From the human T2T-CHM13v2.0 reference genome, Homo sapiens: a stretch of 64,000 bases of DNA. Location of the stretch: NCBI RefSeq assembly GCF_009914755.1, contig NC_060930.1; one strand, written 5' to 3'. The stretch's first letter is position 1. Each line of letters opens with the position of its first letter. This document shows, piece after piece, positions 14,330-27,745 of this stretch. The notes below the pieces were generated by a model. That model was not told the DNA's origin and did no database searches. It saw only the letters and a list, made by a program, of their open reading frames with translations. A program made the translations under genes and the position numbers.

Positions 14330-15340
14330 AATTAAGAGAACCAAAAACCAAATGTTGGTTGGTTCCTTTAAATTACGAATAACATTGATAAATATTTGGT
14401 AAACTTAGAATTAAAAAAATTAATTAGCCAGATGTGGTGATGCCGCCTGTAGTCCCAGCTACTGGAGTGGGAGGCTGAGGTGGGAGGATCGCATGAGCCC
14501 AGGAGCTCAGTGTTACAGTGGGCTGTGATTGGGCACTGCACTCCCGCCTGGGTCACAGAGTGAGACTCTGTCTCAAAAAGTATATATATATAACTAAATT
14601 TAAAATGAGAGAAGACAGAAATAACCAATATCAGAAATAAAAAAGGAAGTGTCACACAAATCCTACAGACATTGAAAATATCATGATAGGGTATTAAGAA
14701 CAACTTATCCCTAAAACTTTGAATTGTTCATGAAATGATCAAGGTGGAAAATATAACTTACCAAAACTGACACCTGAAAAATAGAAAATAAGTTAAAATA
14801 CAAACACTAATACAACAAATGAAGAAATTAAGTCAGTAATTAAAATCCCCCACACAACAATAGCTCAAGGCTCACATAGCTTCACTGGTTAGTTGTACCA
14901 AACAGCTGAAGAAAAAAATAATTGTCATTTTGTACAAATTTTTCCAGACAATAAAACTGGAGAATACACACTTCAACTCATTTCATAAAGCTAGCATAAC
15001 CTTGATACCAATATTCATGGATATTATAAGAAAGGAAACTTCCAGGACAATCTCACTCATAAACATCAAGGAAAATTTATTAAACAATATAACTAACAAA
15101 TAGAATCCATCAATATATAAAAAATGATAATACCTCATGACAAAGTTGGTTTTATTTCAGGAGTATAAGACTGGCTTAACACTAGAAAAATCAATCAAGC
15201 CAATTTACAACATTAATGAATTAAAAAATGATTATTTAATAAATGGTGAAAAAGCATTTGATAACATTTAACATTCATTCATGTATTTAAAACAAACTGA
15301 GAATAGAAAGGAATTCCCTTAATCTGATACAGGGAATTTT
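14330..15340 (+). mobile_element. Older LINE-1 ORF2 fragment (L1M-type), interrupted by an Alu monomer
   Basis: More diverged ORF2-like text (ggcttcactggt-like; ctagcataaccttgatacca; gaaaaagcatttgataacatt). Confidence 0.7.
14425..14579 (+). mobile_element. Alu right monomer (FRAM/AluJ-like)
   Basis: tagccagatgtggtg...cctgtagtcccagcta...gggaggctgaggtgggaggatcgc...gtgagactctgtctcaaaaa. Confidence 0.85.
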
Positions 15341-15349
15341 ATCAATCAG

Positions 15350-15680
15350 AATAAACTAGTTTACATTTCAATAACAACCAATCCCAAAAATCTTAGGGGC
15401 TTAAAACAATACATTACTTAAAACATGAACAATATAGATTTCTGACTGTGCAACCTGTCTGTTGCAGGTTAGCAGCAAGGTTCTGTTCATTGTCATTGCT
15501 TAGGGACCCAGCCTGATAGTTGTTGCTGGTTCAGTACCACAGGAAACAAGAGCTCAGAAGGTCCACCCTGGAAGGGGCACATTTCACTTCTATTCACTAT
15601 TCATTGGCCAGACATAGTCTAGGGCCCATCCAACCTTAACAGGGCCACAACGTGCAATCCTACAAGGGCATTATGAATAC
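15350..15680 (-). mobile_element. Old MaLR LTR fragment (MLT1-like)
   Basis: ggcttaaaacaa... and ttcattggccagacatagtc...cccatccaacc phrases typical of old MLT1 copies. Confidence 0.4.
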
Positions 15681-16069
15681 ATTTTACAGCCCCTGGATTC
15701 TGTTGTCTTCCTGTGAAGAGTGTTGATTCTAATTCTGGCAGACAATTAATTGGACACAGACCCCAAACCTTGTCTTCTCTGTGGTGGACAACAGCTGAAG
15801 TTATTTCATTTTCAGTTTTTTCATCTTGCAGCTTTTGCTCGCCATCTGGGACTACTGGGAATCTCCCCATGTGTGTAATTCTAAGAGGTCAGCTAAGGCA
15901 GAGCTTACATGCAAATTTCAGTTTACACCCTCTGCGAGGCCCTCGCTTCCAAGATCCCCTCTTCCAATTTTCTACCTGCTCTTCCAGCCCAGAACTCTCT
16001 CTCCAAGTCAGTTTACCTGCTTTCTGCTGCCCCAGGCCACACAACTTAGCTCGTAGGGAAAAAGCTTTC

Positions 16070-16570
16070 AACTCACCTTATCAGGTGCATTTCCAGATTT
16101 TAAGGGCAGACTCCTCTCCAAAGTCGGCCTACTTTAAATTCTTTGGCATGGCTTTCAAGGATTCCCACTATCTGGCTGAAAATTTTGTTTTTGACTTTAT
16201 TTCTTACTATTTCCCTTCATTCACCCTGTGCTCTAGCCAAACCGATTGTGCCGTAGAACTTGCCTTGCACTTTTCTAATTCTTTGTCTTCGCTCATTTTT
16301 CGGAATGCCCATTCTCACATCCCCAGATGCCTAAACATTAAGTGACCTTCAAAGCCCAGCTCCAATATGAATTGATCTATAAAGCCTCTTCTGATTCACC
16401 TCTCCACTCCCTACCCTCAACTCCAGTCCTATCCCCACTCTGCCTTCCCTCCCCGACATAACTTTATAGCTCCTCTCTCATGTCACTTAGAACATAATGT
16501 TAGAAAGTAATACATCCCCACAGCATCTAATGTCCTGGCTAGTACACAAGAGATGCATCAAAATATTTGC
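16070..16570 (+). mobile_element. L2 3' region relic
   Basis: ccttcaaagcccagctc...aagcctcttctga and terminal ctggctagtacacaagagatgcatcaaaatatttg, resembling the L2 3' end. Confidence 0.45.
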
Positions 16571-17679
16571 AAGATTAATTTAATAAGGTACATAACTGCT
16601 GTCTGTACTGAAATCTGTATAGGTGCCGTAATCAAAAGCATGAAGTGGCCATTTGGGCCTGCCACTGTACTATATATTCTATAAAAACTGTCGCATAAGA
16701 CTCTCTCATATGAAACAACAGATGAAGGGTATAATGATATAGTGCTTTCTATTTATTGGGAGAATTATTTAAGTGGTGAGAGTACATTTCTGTTGATTCA
16801 TCTACATTCTCTCACGTGATTCTATCATAAGCAGCAACATACTTTTGTGAGATGGCCTAGTAGGAGGAGAGGTGACCCTGGTTGCCAAAGAATTATGGAA
16901 ATATCACTGCTTTACAAATAGACGGGCCATAACACGGTGGCTTCATTAGGAGAGCTCTAACGAGGTGAGGTCATCCGGCAGTAAAGGGCAGGCGTGCACA
17001 GACACAGCGGAAGAAACCTGAGCAAGAACATTTTACCAAGCAAAATATTCTGTTAAGGAAAACCTAGTGGGGAAAAACACCACCGAGTAAGAATGAAATA
17101 TGAGAATCCATATCACAATACAAAAATTACTTTGGGAATTCTATTTACTAAGAAAGAAGCAAGTACAATTGAAATGCATTACCCTTTACTCATGATCTAA
17201 TAATTTTACTTATCTTGACATTTTCCAAGTAAATTATTCTGAACGTGATCATAATTATTTTAAAAGTAATGATTTTTAATTTTGGAAAAACAAGTCTAAT
17301 CTGTTTAAAAAACATTAAAAAGAGGTGTCTGACTTAGGATTATTTTGGTTACCAGATACAGAAAGAAAGTGGTTTCAAATTGTCTTAGACAGTAAAGTTT
17401 GCCTGGTCACTCGCCAGAGGAAGGAATCAACATCAGGCCTCGCCCTGTATGAACAGGGGAATGAGGAAGGGTGATCCAGCACCCACGATGGAGGCGGCAG
17501 AGATGGAGAGAATGGACAGCTTAGCTGTCCCTGCCAGCAAGGCACAGCATGTTTAAAGAGAGAACCAGCTAGATGCATTTTCAAGCCGAATCCGCCGTGC
17601 ATTAACTGTCCCTTTCCCACTCTCAAATAAATAAATAAACAAACCAATTCTATCACTCTTCTAGTGTAATGTGATGTTG

Positions 17680-18174
<495 letters not shown>

Positions 18175-18175
<1 letters not shown>

Positions 18176-18222
18176 ATCATTGTCATCATTATCATCGTCA
18201 TCATTATCATCATCATCATCAT
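18175..18222. repeat. Imperfect (ATC)n microsatellite
   Basis: tatcattgtcatcattatcatcgtcatcattatcatcatcatcatcat. Confidence 0.85.
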
Positions 18223-19414
18223 TCTCTGCCTAAATTACGGCAACATTTTTTAGTCACCCGGGCTAGAGCCTCAGACTGAGAATCTTCACTCCTGCTCCCA
18301 TGTGGAGGCTGAGCTGTAGTCAGGACTAGCACTACCGCAGTGCCTCCCCTTGCTCTTCAAAAGTTGCCGTGAAACCCCACTTCATCACTATTACTAGTGG
18401 CTTATTCCTTAAGCCACCAAAGCACAGGACACAGCAGGTGTCTCGAATGCCTGCTCAAAGTCCACCCTAGATTCTATGTTTGCTGTGCCGCTTTGAACAT
18501 TTCTCATGAGCACACGCCAGGTTGGCTGTACACCAGTATCCCATGCCTGTGGGTACGCTGGGAGGGTGAGGGGCCTGAGCATGCTGAGTGCAGACCGGAT
18601 CCCAGCTTGCTACTAACTAGCTGTGTGATCTCAGGCCACCTGACTCTTTTAACTGTCCCAGAGCATTAGAAAACTGATTGCCCAGAGACACTGTAAGGAG
18701 TAATGAGATTATACAAATAGAACATTTAGCATGGTGCCCGATCAAGAATAAATTATTTTTATATCCTTGGTTTTCCTTCATGGTCATGTCTCTGCAGACT
18801 TCTAAATTGGGGTCATCAAAAAAAATTGATAGATTTGGATTCTATAACATTCATCCAAGTTACAGTAAAAACTTTAGATGGAAACTGGACTCGATCAAAT
18901 ATAGATACATGAGGTATCCCACTCAGGGCTGTACAGGCTGGTACCAAATCATTAGTGCGTATTACTTGGATACAATTGTTCACAGAGTTAAAAAAAAAAA
19001 AAAGAAAGAAAGAAAAAGCCTACTTTTTCAACCATTCCTGTATCCTCCCTATAAGGAAAACCATAGAGGCCTTGCCAGATGCTTTGCTGATACAGTTTAT
19101 TTATTATCTCCTTTATGAGGAAACATATTAGAATACATGAGGTTAGCTTGGCTGGCCTTATTCCAGAGAGCTCACTCTGACTCCTGGTAACAACTACTAT
19201 TTTCCTAGGAGCTCCCGAATCACCTGCTTAAATAATCAGTCCTAGAATCACAGCAGTTATTGATGTCAGGCTTAGCAGTGTGTAGTTTTCAAACTCCTTC
19301 TTGGAAATTGGTCTCTTTACCCGTCTTCTATTTTGTGCACATCTCTTGTCTTGTTTTGTGAAGAGCCTGTGCACATTGTATCTTTCTTTACACTCCACTG
19401 CTTCTACTGTCTAA

Positions 19415-19779
<365 letters not shown>

Positions 19780-20874
19780 CTAGTCATTCTTAGAAGTAGT
19801 GGTGCATGATGCAGCATTCTCTTGGTTTTTACTCTGAAAATGGTGCTAACTCCTTCCTTTGGTCACCTTTTCAGTTTTCACCCCAATCTTTGCAGATGAA
19901 CTGAGACACAATTTAGGTACAGAGGAGCAAGGAGCTCCAAAGACACGAACCTGCCCCGCCTCTGACAGTGCCACAGTGCTGATGGGTTTACTCTCAGTTT
20001 CTGTGAGACGTGCTCATACGTGTGTAAGCAAGTGCAGGCCCAACCTGGGCAACAAGACTGAAAAGGAGTATGTTGGATGACATGACGCTTCAGGTTTCAT
20101 TCTCTGTGTCTGGAATATGGGGAGTGTCAAATAGATCATGCTAGGGACTGCATCATGGAGACCATTTTGGTAACTGAATACTTTCATTTACTCAAACAGC
20201 ATGAATTATGTATCTACATTTAAAACAAAGTATGTCATGGAGAGAATGGCCAAACACTTTCAACAAATACTAAATTATATTCTACAGCCATGAAAGAATA
20301 TATTTTGATCTATTGAAAAATTGAAAAAGAGTCAGCCACTTGTAATGGCAAAACTTTGATGGAAAATCTGAGTTTTGCATAAAGATAGTTGCATGGCATG
20401 CTATGGTATTTATATATTTTACATATTATATATGTGTTGAGAGAAAAATCAATATTTTTTGTATGACATTTACTTCAAGTAGGAGAAACTTGAAAACAAT
20501 GAATTAAAGAAAAAAATGTAATCCTTATTATAGGCTTACCTCATGTCCATAATAGCTGATCTAAATCGATCATACTTTAATTGCCTAGGAATATGATAAA
20601 TCAGGCTGTGTCATATTTACTTATATAGCAATTGAGCTCTGTTATGGAAGGAGAAAAATTTCTACAATTTTGAAATCTAAATTTGGTTTGAAAATATATT
20701 TTGAATTCATTCTACCCTATAAAATAGAAAATTATATGGTTGGCACTCCTGAACTAGCAAAATTTATATCCATTGTAATCTAATTCAACTAACGCTATAA
20801 TGGGCCCAAAACATAAAATATTTATTAAACATTTTAACTTCAGAAAAAATAATAAAATTCTATGAGACACTATA

Positions 20875-21400
20875 ATAGACAAATTCATAAAGACAAAAAG
20901 TAGATTATCAGGGACTACAGCAGGGGCATGGGGAGTCTTTGCTTAATGGCTACAGAGTTGTGGGTGATGAAGAATTTTTAGAAAAAGATAATGGTGAGAC
21001 TTGCACAACATTGTAAATCTAATTAATGCCACTAAATTGTATACTTTAAAAAGGTGAAAAGGCATGGTGGCTCACGCCTGTTAATCCCAACACTTTGGAA
21101 GGCCAAGGAGGGCAGATCACTTGAACCCAGAAGTTTGAGACTAGCTTCGGCAACATAGTGAGACCCCATCTCTACAAATATAAAAAAATTAGCCAGCCAT
21201 GGTGGTGTGTGCCTGTAGTTCCAGCTACTCAGGAGGCTGAGGTGACAGGATCACTTAAGCCCAGGTGGATTAAGCTATAGTGGGCTATGATCACACCACT
21301 GCACTCCAGCTAGGGTGACAGAGTAAAACCCTGTCTCAGAAAAAAAAGTGGGGGGGAGTAAATGCCATATTTTATGTTACATATATTTTACCCACTAAAC
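20875..21400 (+). mobile_element. L1MB-type 3' UTR fragment interrupted by AluJ
   Basis: gcttaatggctacagagtt...ggtgagacttgcacaacattgtaaat...gccactaaattgtatactttaaaa, resuming after the Alu with attttatgttacatatatttta. Confidence 0.75.
21061..21348 (+). mobile_element. AluJ-like
   Basis: Dimeric Alu with J-type features (caacatagtgagaccccatctctacaaa; ctatgatcacaccactgcac). Confidence 0.92.
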
Positions 21401-21449
21401 AAAATAAGGTATTAAAATACATAAGAATGATAAAAAAACTAACATGCCT

Positions 21450-22100
21450 GCTCTCAGCACTATAATGCTATATTTTCTTTTAGAAATTCTAGCCTCTGTC
21501 ACCTGACCAAAAAAGGAGAGATAAATATTAGAAAGCAAACACAAATTTAACAATATTTTTGGTAATATCATTACATATAAAATCCAACTTAATTCACTCA
21601 AAAACAATTAGATCCAGTAAGGGAATTAAATAAGTTAGCCCGTTAACAAAGTAAGTATATAAAAGTCATATACTTTTGTGTGTATATTATCAATAACCTT
21701 TAGGAAGAATATTGGGATTAAATAATTTTACACAAATAACAACAAAATATAGAATTTCTGTGAGTATATCTAACAAAATTTGCAGGATCTATGTGAAAAA
21801 ATACTATAAAACTTTTCCAAGGAACTTAAAGACAAGAAAATTGAAGACATATCATGTTCCTAATGGAAGGATTCAGTAGTAAAGATGGCAATTGTCTGCC
21901 AAATTATTCTCTAATTTTACCAAAGGGCCAAGCACATTTGCAATTTCAACTAATTATCTTAAAGTTTGTCTCAAAAAATAAAGGGTTAAAAATAATTGAG
22001 AGAATATTGAGAAAGAACAATGAGAAATAGATTGAATTCTGATCTATTAAAACACAAAGTTACAATCATGAATAATAATATGTAATAACAAAAGAAAAAT
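21450..22100 (+). mobile_element. Ancient L1 (L1ME-like) ORF2 relic
   Basis: gcaggatctatgtgaaaaaatactataaaact...gacatatcatgttcctaatggaagg..., a degenerate ORF2 segment. Confidence 0.5.
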
Positions 22101-22249
22101 ATGCACTGTATATTGATAATTTTTTAGAAAGCAGTTTTTAAAAGCGCTTATCTTTTAGTGGAACATATGTCTATGGAAAAGATAGTCCCTTCTGTTAGCG
22201 TCTCAGTACACAAGTTTCTAGTATTTATGCAGTTTACATTCTATTTTAT

Positions 22250-23400
22250 AAAATGAGGTCCGAGTGCAAATATGCTTTATAGTTTACTTCTTTAGTCACT
22301 TGTGTCTTAAACATTTTCCTATTTTAAACTATTTTTTCTATTAGATGACTAATAATTTTATAGTTTTTCATTGTGTGGATATACTATAGTTTACTTAAAC
22401 AATTTGTTGTTCTTGGAACATTTAGATTGTTTCTAATTATCAATAATACTGGGCTTAGCATTCTTTCCTACAATGCTTTGTGCACATTTGCCTAAATCCT
22501 TGGACTAACTACCCAGAAATGAAACTGCTAGGTTAGCTGTTTTATGCATTTTTATGGCTTTTAGGTTTATTGCCAAACTGCTCTGTAGAAAGGTTGGAAT
22601 AGTTTATAACATGGTGTCTATCAGGGCGTCTCCTCTTTTCTCTTTTCTCAAACCTGTTTCCACACTGACAGTGTTAAATTGTCAACAACTTTGTGTTAAC
22701 ATGATATTAAAAATTACCAATGAAGTTTGTGAAAGGAAAATATCTTGGGCCCCCAAAATCACTCAGGAAAAGTCAAGCTGGAAACTGCTTAGGGCAAACC
22801 TGCCTCCCATTCTATCAAAGTCACTCCTCTGCTCACTGAGATAGATGCAAATCTGATTTGCCTCCTTTGGAGAGGCTCATCTGAAACTCAAAAGAATGTT
22901 AACTGTTTGTGTATCACCTCTCTGTGACCTGGAAGCTCCCTCCCCGCTTCCAGTCTTCCTGCTTTTGCTTTAAGTTGTCCTGCCTTTCCAGACCAAACCA
23001 ATGTACATCTTACATATATTGACTGATGTCTCATGTCTCCATAAAATGTATAAAACCAAGCTGTGTGCCAACCACCTTGGGTACATGTCAGGACGTCCTG
23101 AGGCTGTGTCAGGGGCGTGTCCTCAACCTTGGCAAAATAAACTTCCTAAATTAACTGAGACCTGTCTCAGATTTTCTGGGTTTCACAAGTTGAACATTCC
23201 AGAATAGTAAATGTTCATTTTTATGTATTAATTTGTGCGTTGTCTGTTTATGTGCCGTGCCCATTTTTTTAATTGGAAGATTCAGTCCTTTATTGGGTTG
23301 TGATAGCTATTTGTATGTTAAAGCTATTAACATTTAAAGCATATGTCAAAAATATTTTTTAGAATTTTGTTTGCTTTTGCCTTTTGTTTGGTGTTTCTTG
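22250..23400 (-). mobile_element. Ancient L1 (L1ME-like) relic, antisense, host of the MER4A1 LTR
   Basis: catttagattgtttctaatt...acccagaaatgaaactgctagg...ttgccaaactgctct; the flanks rejoin across the LTR as taccaatgaagtt|gaacatt. Confidence 0.6.
22728..23187 (+). mobile_element. MER4A1-like ERV1 solo LTR
   Basis: TG...CA termini (tgtgaaaggaaaatatcttgggcccccaaaatcact...gggtttcaca), tataaaa and aataaa signals, perfect 4-bp TSD AGTT (22724-22727 and 23188-23191). Confidence 0.9.
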
Positions 23401-26154
23401 TTTTAAAAGAAGAAGCAGAAATGTTTCCTTTTTTCCTGATACCACAATAGTGAATGACATCTAATAGTAGAAAAAGTTCTCACTTTGCAAAAAAAAAATC
23501 ATAAAATAGTGGATTTTATGCCTGAGAAAATTATACATGTAGCATATAACCATTTAAGATAAATAACTTTTACCACCCTTGACTTCAAATTATTTTTTCC
23601 TTATTCTTCAGCAATTTCTCTATATCTGAAGCCTCTATCTTGTTTATTATACCTAAAGCCAGTAAGCAGTACAATAGAAATCCAATTTTCTGAATAGAAA
23701 GGTTCCATTTGTTGATCTATAATGTCAGTAGACTCCTCATGTTAGAACCTTTTCAAAACCTTAAATCTTGAGTTCAAAGTCCTCACTTATGTCTTGACAA
23801 TAGCTTTCAGGCCCATCAACAAAAGAATAAACACATTTCTTCTCTTTCAAGCTACAAAATCATATTCTCTTTATACCTGTTAGCATACTTTTTCAAAGGA
23901 AAAGAACTGTTTCAAAAAAAAAATCTTTTTGCTTTAATTCCGCTGTGACAGTAAGAACAAAAAGACTTCCGACTTCATGGTGTATCTTAATTCTCTGAGA
24001 ATGAAGAAGAGAAATAGAGGAACTGAAGAGAAAATGGGCAGTGTAAGAAATCCCTGTTGGACGAAGTTAAGAGGCTTTTAAATAGTGCATATCCTGCCTT
24101 TGTTTCACAGCTACTGCAGAAGTTTTAGAGCCATTACCTGTCCATTGAGGAGGACTTAGAGCTCCATTTTAGATGCCATTACGCGTTACAGTTCAGGCAT
24201 TTTACTTCTTGGTCACTGTCAATCCAATAACGTTGATCACAACCATGTTAATTCAGGCAAGGTTTCCTGATAGCTAATATCTAATCTATGTCCTAATAGT
24301 TAATATCATTATCCATTGTGAGAGAGATTATTAATGCATGCCCAAATGATCAATTAGGTATAGACATGGACATAAACCTAATAAAAATTTAATGTTAGTG
24401 TTACTCATATATCTCATATATACATATGTGTGCATATATATAATATATATATTATATTATATATATAAATTTACTCCTTGATACCAGTATATTCTACAGG
24501 GCAAACTTCTTCTCTCACATTGGCAGTAGATCAGCATACCCAGGCTGTTTTATTGCAACCTTCGGCGGGCACACACTAAAAGAACAACACTGGGATACGC
24601 CAGCATCCAGTGACCACAACGGTCACCAAAACCTTTTCTGCAATTACCACATTCAGGTAGTAATCACTTTGTTACCTTCCATAGGCTCTCCTACTTATGA
24701 CTTCATAGTGTCAACAGAACAGCTTTTTTTAAAACACAAAAACAAAACCTATGAAATGGAGTGAGGACTGTATGTGCTCAGTCATACATTTCTTTTAATA
24801 TATACAGAAATGCAAACAACACACCCATGTGATTCTGTTCTGTGTCTAATCCTTCCTCACTAAGCAGTTTATAAGATATTTAGCTAGCTGTGGCTCTGAG
24901 TCCTTCTTAAGGAGTGGGATGGGAAGGAGAGATGAATAAAGAGAAAAGAAAGAAACCCAGGATCTCAAACATCTGATTCTGTTTGGTTGATAAGGCAAGG
25001 TGGGACCCAGGGATTCTTGAGCTTGGGAAAAATCACTACAGCCTCACCCTCCTTTTGTATGCACCTCCATACTCCTCTCCAGCACTTCCAAACGATCCCA
25101 AGAAAGACACACTCCCAGTGACACATCCAGTCAGGGTATCTTTCTACTATCTCTTGAATCCCCCAGGGGAATCTCATGCATCCAAGCTGGAGCAGCCCCT
25201 GCAGTGAAAGAACTCCTTACTGGGAAGCTAGTCCCTAGCGCGCTGCTTCCTCTCCTGGAAACTCTTCATGTAAATGACATCTACTCAGCCCTGGGGTTTG
25301 TTCCCACATCTGGGAGCCTTCCCTTAACCCTAGACTAGGCGTGGGACTTGATTGTCTGCTTAAACGCCCTGTCCTTCTTATGTGTAATTGTCACATTTGT
25401 CATACTTGTTTAATATCTTTTTCCATACTATTTTACAAACCCCAAGAGGTTGGTACCATACTTGCCTGATTCATTTCTGTCCTTCCAATTCCTAAAACAG
25501 TGATGGGCATGTAATGCATGCACTCTCAATAGACATTTGGTGAGGGAAGTCTAAGTAAGTTAATACAGGTGAAGTGCTCGGTTTAATTCCTGGCACATGG
25601 CGGTGCTCACTACATGTTAGCTACAGGTGCTGTGAATCACGCACATATCTGTGCAGTCCTGAAGCCTAAACCCGTTGAGCATAGTTGGTAGACTTTGAAA
25701 GAATATCAACTGCCCCCAATCCTTAGAACATTTCTGGCCTGCCAGTTCTCCTGGTAACCTGAGCTTGTCAGTACATAAGGCTCACTAACCCCTGACATTC
25801 TAAAAAGGCAAAACAGCTTTTAGATCAGATAAGACCAGATAGAGAGTCTCTACTGCTGACTGCAACACGCTGCGTGCCTTCTTCCTCCTCACCTTCTCAT
25901 GGTGATCTGAAACCTTGTTCTTGAATATCTCATGACTCCAGCTCTTAAGCTAAATGATAGCATTCTAATTTTAGTTGTTTTTCAGCAGATAGATTTTGTC
26001 CTGCAGTGTGTCTAACTGCTGCTGTAATGAGCCATCATGCTGCTGAGTTCTATGGTTATATTTAGGTTGGTTCCCTGAGTGAAGGCTGAGCCGTCTCTTT
26101 TCATTACATTTGTATTTACTTTCAAACTAAACAAGAACAGAGTCTGGACTGGAC

Positions 26155-26555
26155 CAGAAGTTGTAGGGGGCTCTGAAGTGTTTTCATGCAACAAACCCTA
26201 GTTCGTTGCTAGGGGGGATGAATCTGACCACATTTTTTTAAAAAACTTCCTAGTGATTCCAGAGGAAATGGCTGTGAAACCACTAAATGATATCTTATAT
26301 TCTAGGACTTTTAACAGAGGATTCGGTTTAGTTCAAACTAGCCAGGCATAAAGGAAGCACTTAGGATAAGTTTGAACTAAACCAAATCCTCAGTTATAAG
26401 TCTTGGAAAATAAGGTATCATTTAGTGGTTTTGCAGCTATTTCCTCTGGAATCACTAGAAAATTTTTAAAAATAAAGTGGGGTATGATTCATCCCTTTCA
26501 GCAACAAACTAGGGGCTGTGGTATAAAAACACTTCTGAGCACCCCACAAATTCTG
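26155..26555. repeat. Long imperfect inverted repeat (palindrome): arms 26155-26339 and 26369-26555, 29-nt spacer
   Basis: Manual alignment of the left arm with the reverse complement of the right arm: 10 mismatches in the inner 90 bp, 14 in the outer 70 bp, and a short indel-containing stretch between them. Confidence 0.95.
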
Positions 26556-26773
26556 AGGCCAATGGAAGCGGGTAGGGGGCCCTGAGCAATTTTAGCAGGT
26601 GGTGAGATGATCAGATAAGCTTGAGGGAGGGTAACCCCGCGGTACCTTGAAAGACAGGTTGGGGAAGTGGAGAAAGACAGAAAGAAAAGAGATCCATACA
26701 AGAGCAGGCTGGTGCTCCAGTGAATGGGTCCCAAGGATCAGAACCAGAGGAGTAGCAATAAGAATGGATACCT

Positions 26774-27490
26774 AGAGGAGAGAAGGTGAGGATGGAGAGT
26801 GAGACCAGAGAGAGAAGATGAGGATGGAGACTGGGACCAGAGAAGAGGAGGTGAGGCTGGAGACCAGGACCAGAGGAGAGGAGGTGAGGATGAAGACCAG
26901 GACCAGAGAAGAGGAGGTGAGGATGGAAACAGGGACCAGAAGAGAGATGGTGAAAATGGAGACTGGGACTGGAAGAGAGAAGATGAAAATAAAGACCAGG
27001 ATGAAAAGAGAGAAGGTGAAGATGGAAACCAGGACCAGAGGAGAGGAGGTGAGGATGGAGACCAGGACCAGAGGAGAGGAGGTGAGGATGGAAACCAGGA
27101 CCAGAGGAGAGGAGGTAAGGATGGAGACCAGGACCAGGGGAGAGGAGGTGAGGATGGAGACCAGGACCAGGGGAGAGAAGGTGAGGATGGAGACCAGGAA
27201 CAGAGGAGAAGAGGTGAGGATGGAGAGTGAGACCAGAGGAGAGGAGGTGAGGATGGAGGCCAGGACCAGAAGAGAGGAGGTGAGGATGGAAACCAGGACT
27301 GGAGCAGAGAGGGTGAGGATAGAGACTGACACTGGAGGAGAGGAGGTGAGGTTGGAGAGTGAGACCAGAGGAGAGGAGGTGAAGATGGAGAGTGAGGCCA
27401 GAGGAGAGGCAGTGAGGATGGAGACTGGGACCGGAGCAGAGGAGGTGAGGATGGAGACCAGGACCAGAGGAGTGTTGGTGAGGATGGAGA
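26774..27490. repeat. 33-bp purine-rich minisatellite, ~22 degenerate copies
   Basis: Unit approximately GGAGAGGAGGTGAGGATGGAGACCAGGACCAGA; 11-aa periodicity (METRTRGEEVR) in the ORF track. Confidence 0.95.
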
Positions 27491-27745
27491 GGGAGACACA
27501 AATTCAAGAGATACTGCAAAAGGAAAACCAGATGATTTGGTAACATGAGGAATGCGAAGGAGGAGAAACAGGCTTTGACCTGGAGTGACTGGGAACAAGG
27601 TTTATCTTTACTAAATATGAGGAACATAGGGAAGAAAAAGAAGTTCAGGGAGGAAATTTAGTCTTTGGAACAAACTGAATTTGAGGTTCTGGCAAGATCC
27701 AGGCTGATGGAAATGTGAGCTGGAGTTCAAGAACAGTGTCAGGAC
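27460..27745 (-). mobile_element. L2 relic continuing directly from the minisatellite
   Basis: ggatggagagggagacacaaattcaagagata...tttactaaatatgaggaaca...tttagtctttggaacaaactgaatttgaggt...ctggagttcaagaacagtgtcaggactg follows the order of antisense L2 motifs. Confidence 0.6.

Noticed and set aside
15713-16345. 210-aa ORF (also the 201-aa ORF at 56409-57014)
   Set aside because: Non-ATG starts, overlap with L2 relics, no recognisable protein features.
26774-27490. CRISPR-like array
   Set aside because: Head-to-tail tandem units with no unique spacers, eukaryotic context, no cas genes. The same applies to 49540-49611.
26611-27627. Five long overlapping ORFs (up to 338 aa) on both strands
   Set aside because: They arise because the 33-bp unit is a multiple of 3 and lacks stops in most frames; the products are low-complexity repeats with no sign of a real gene.
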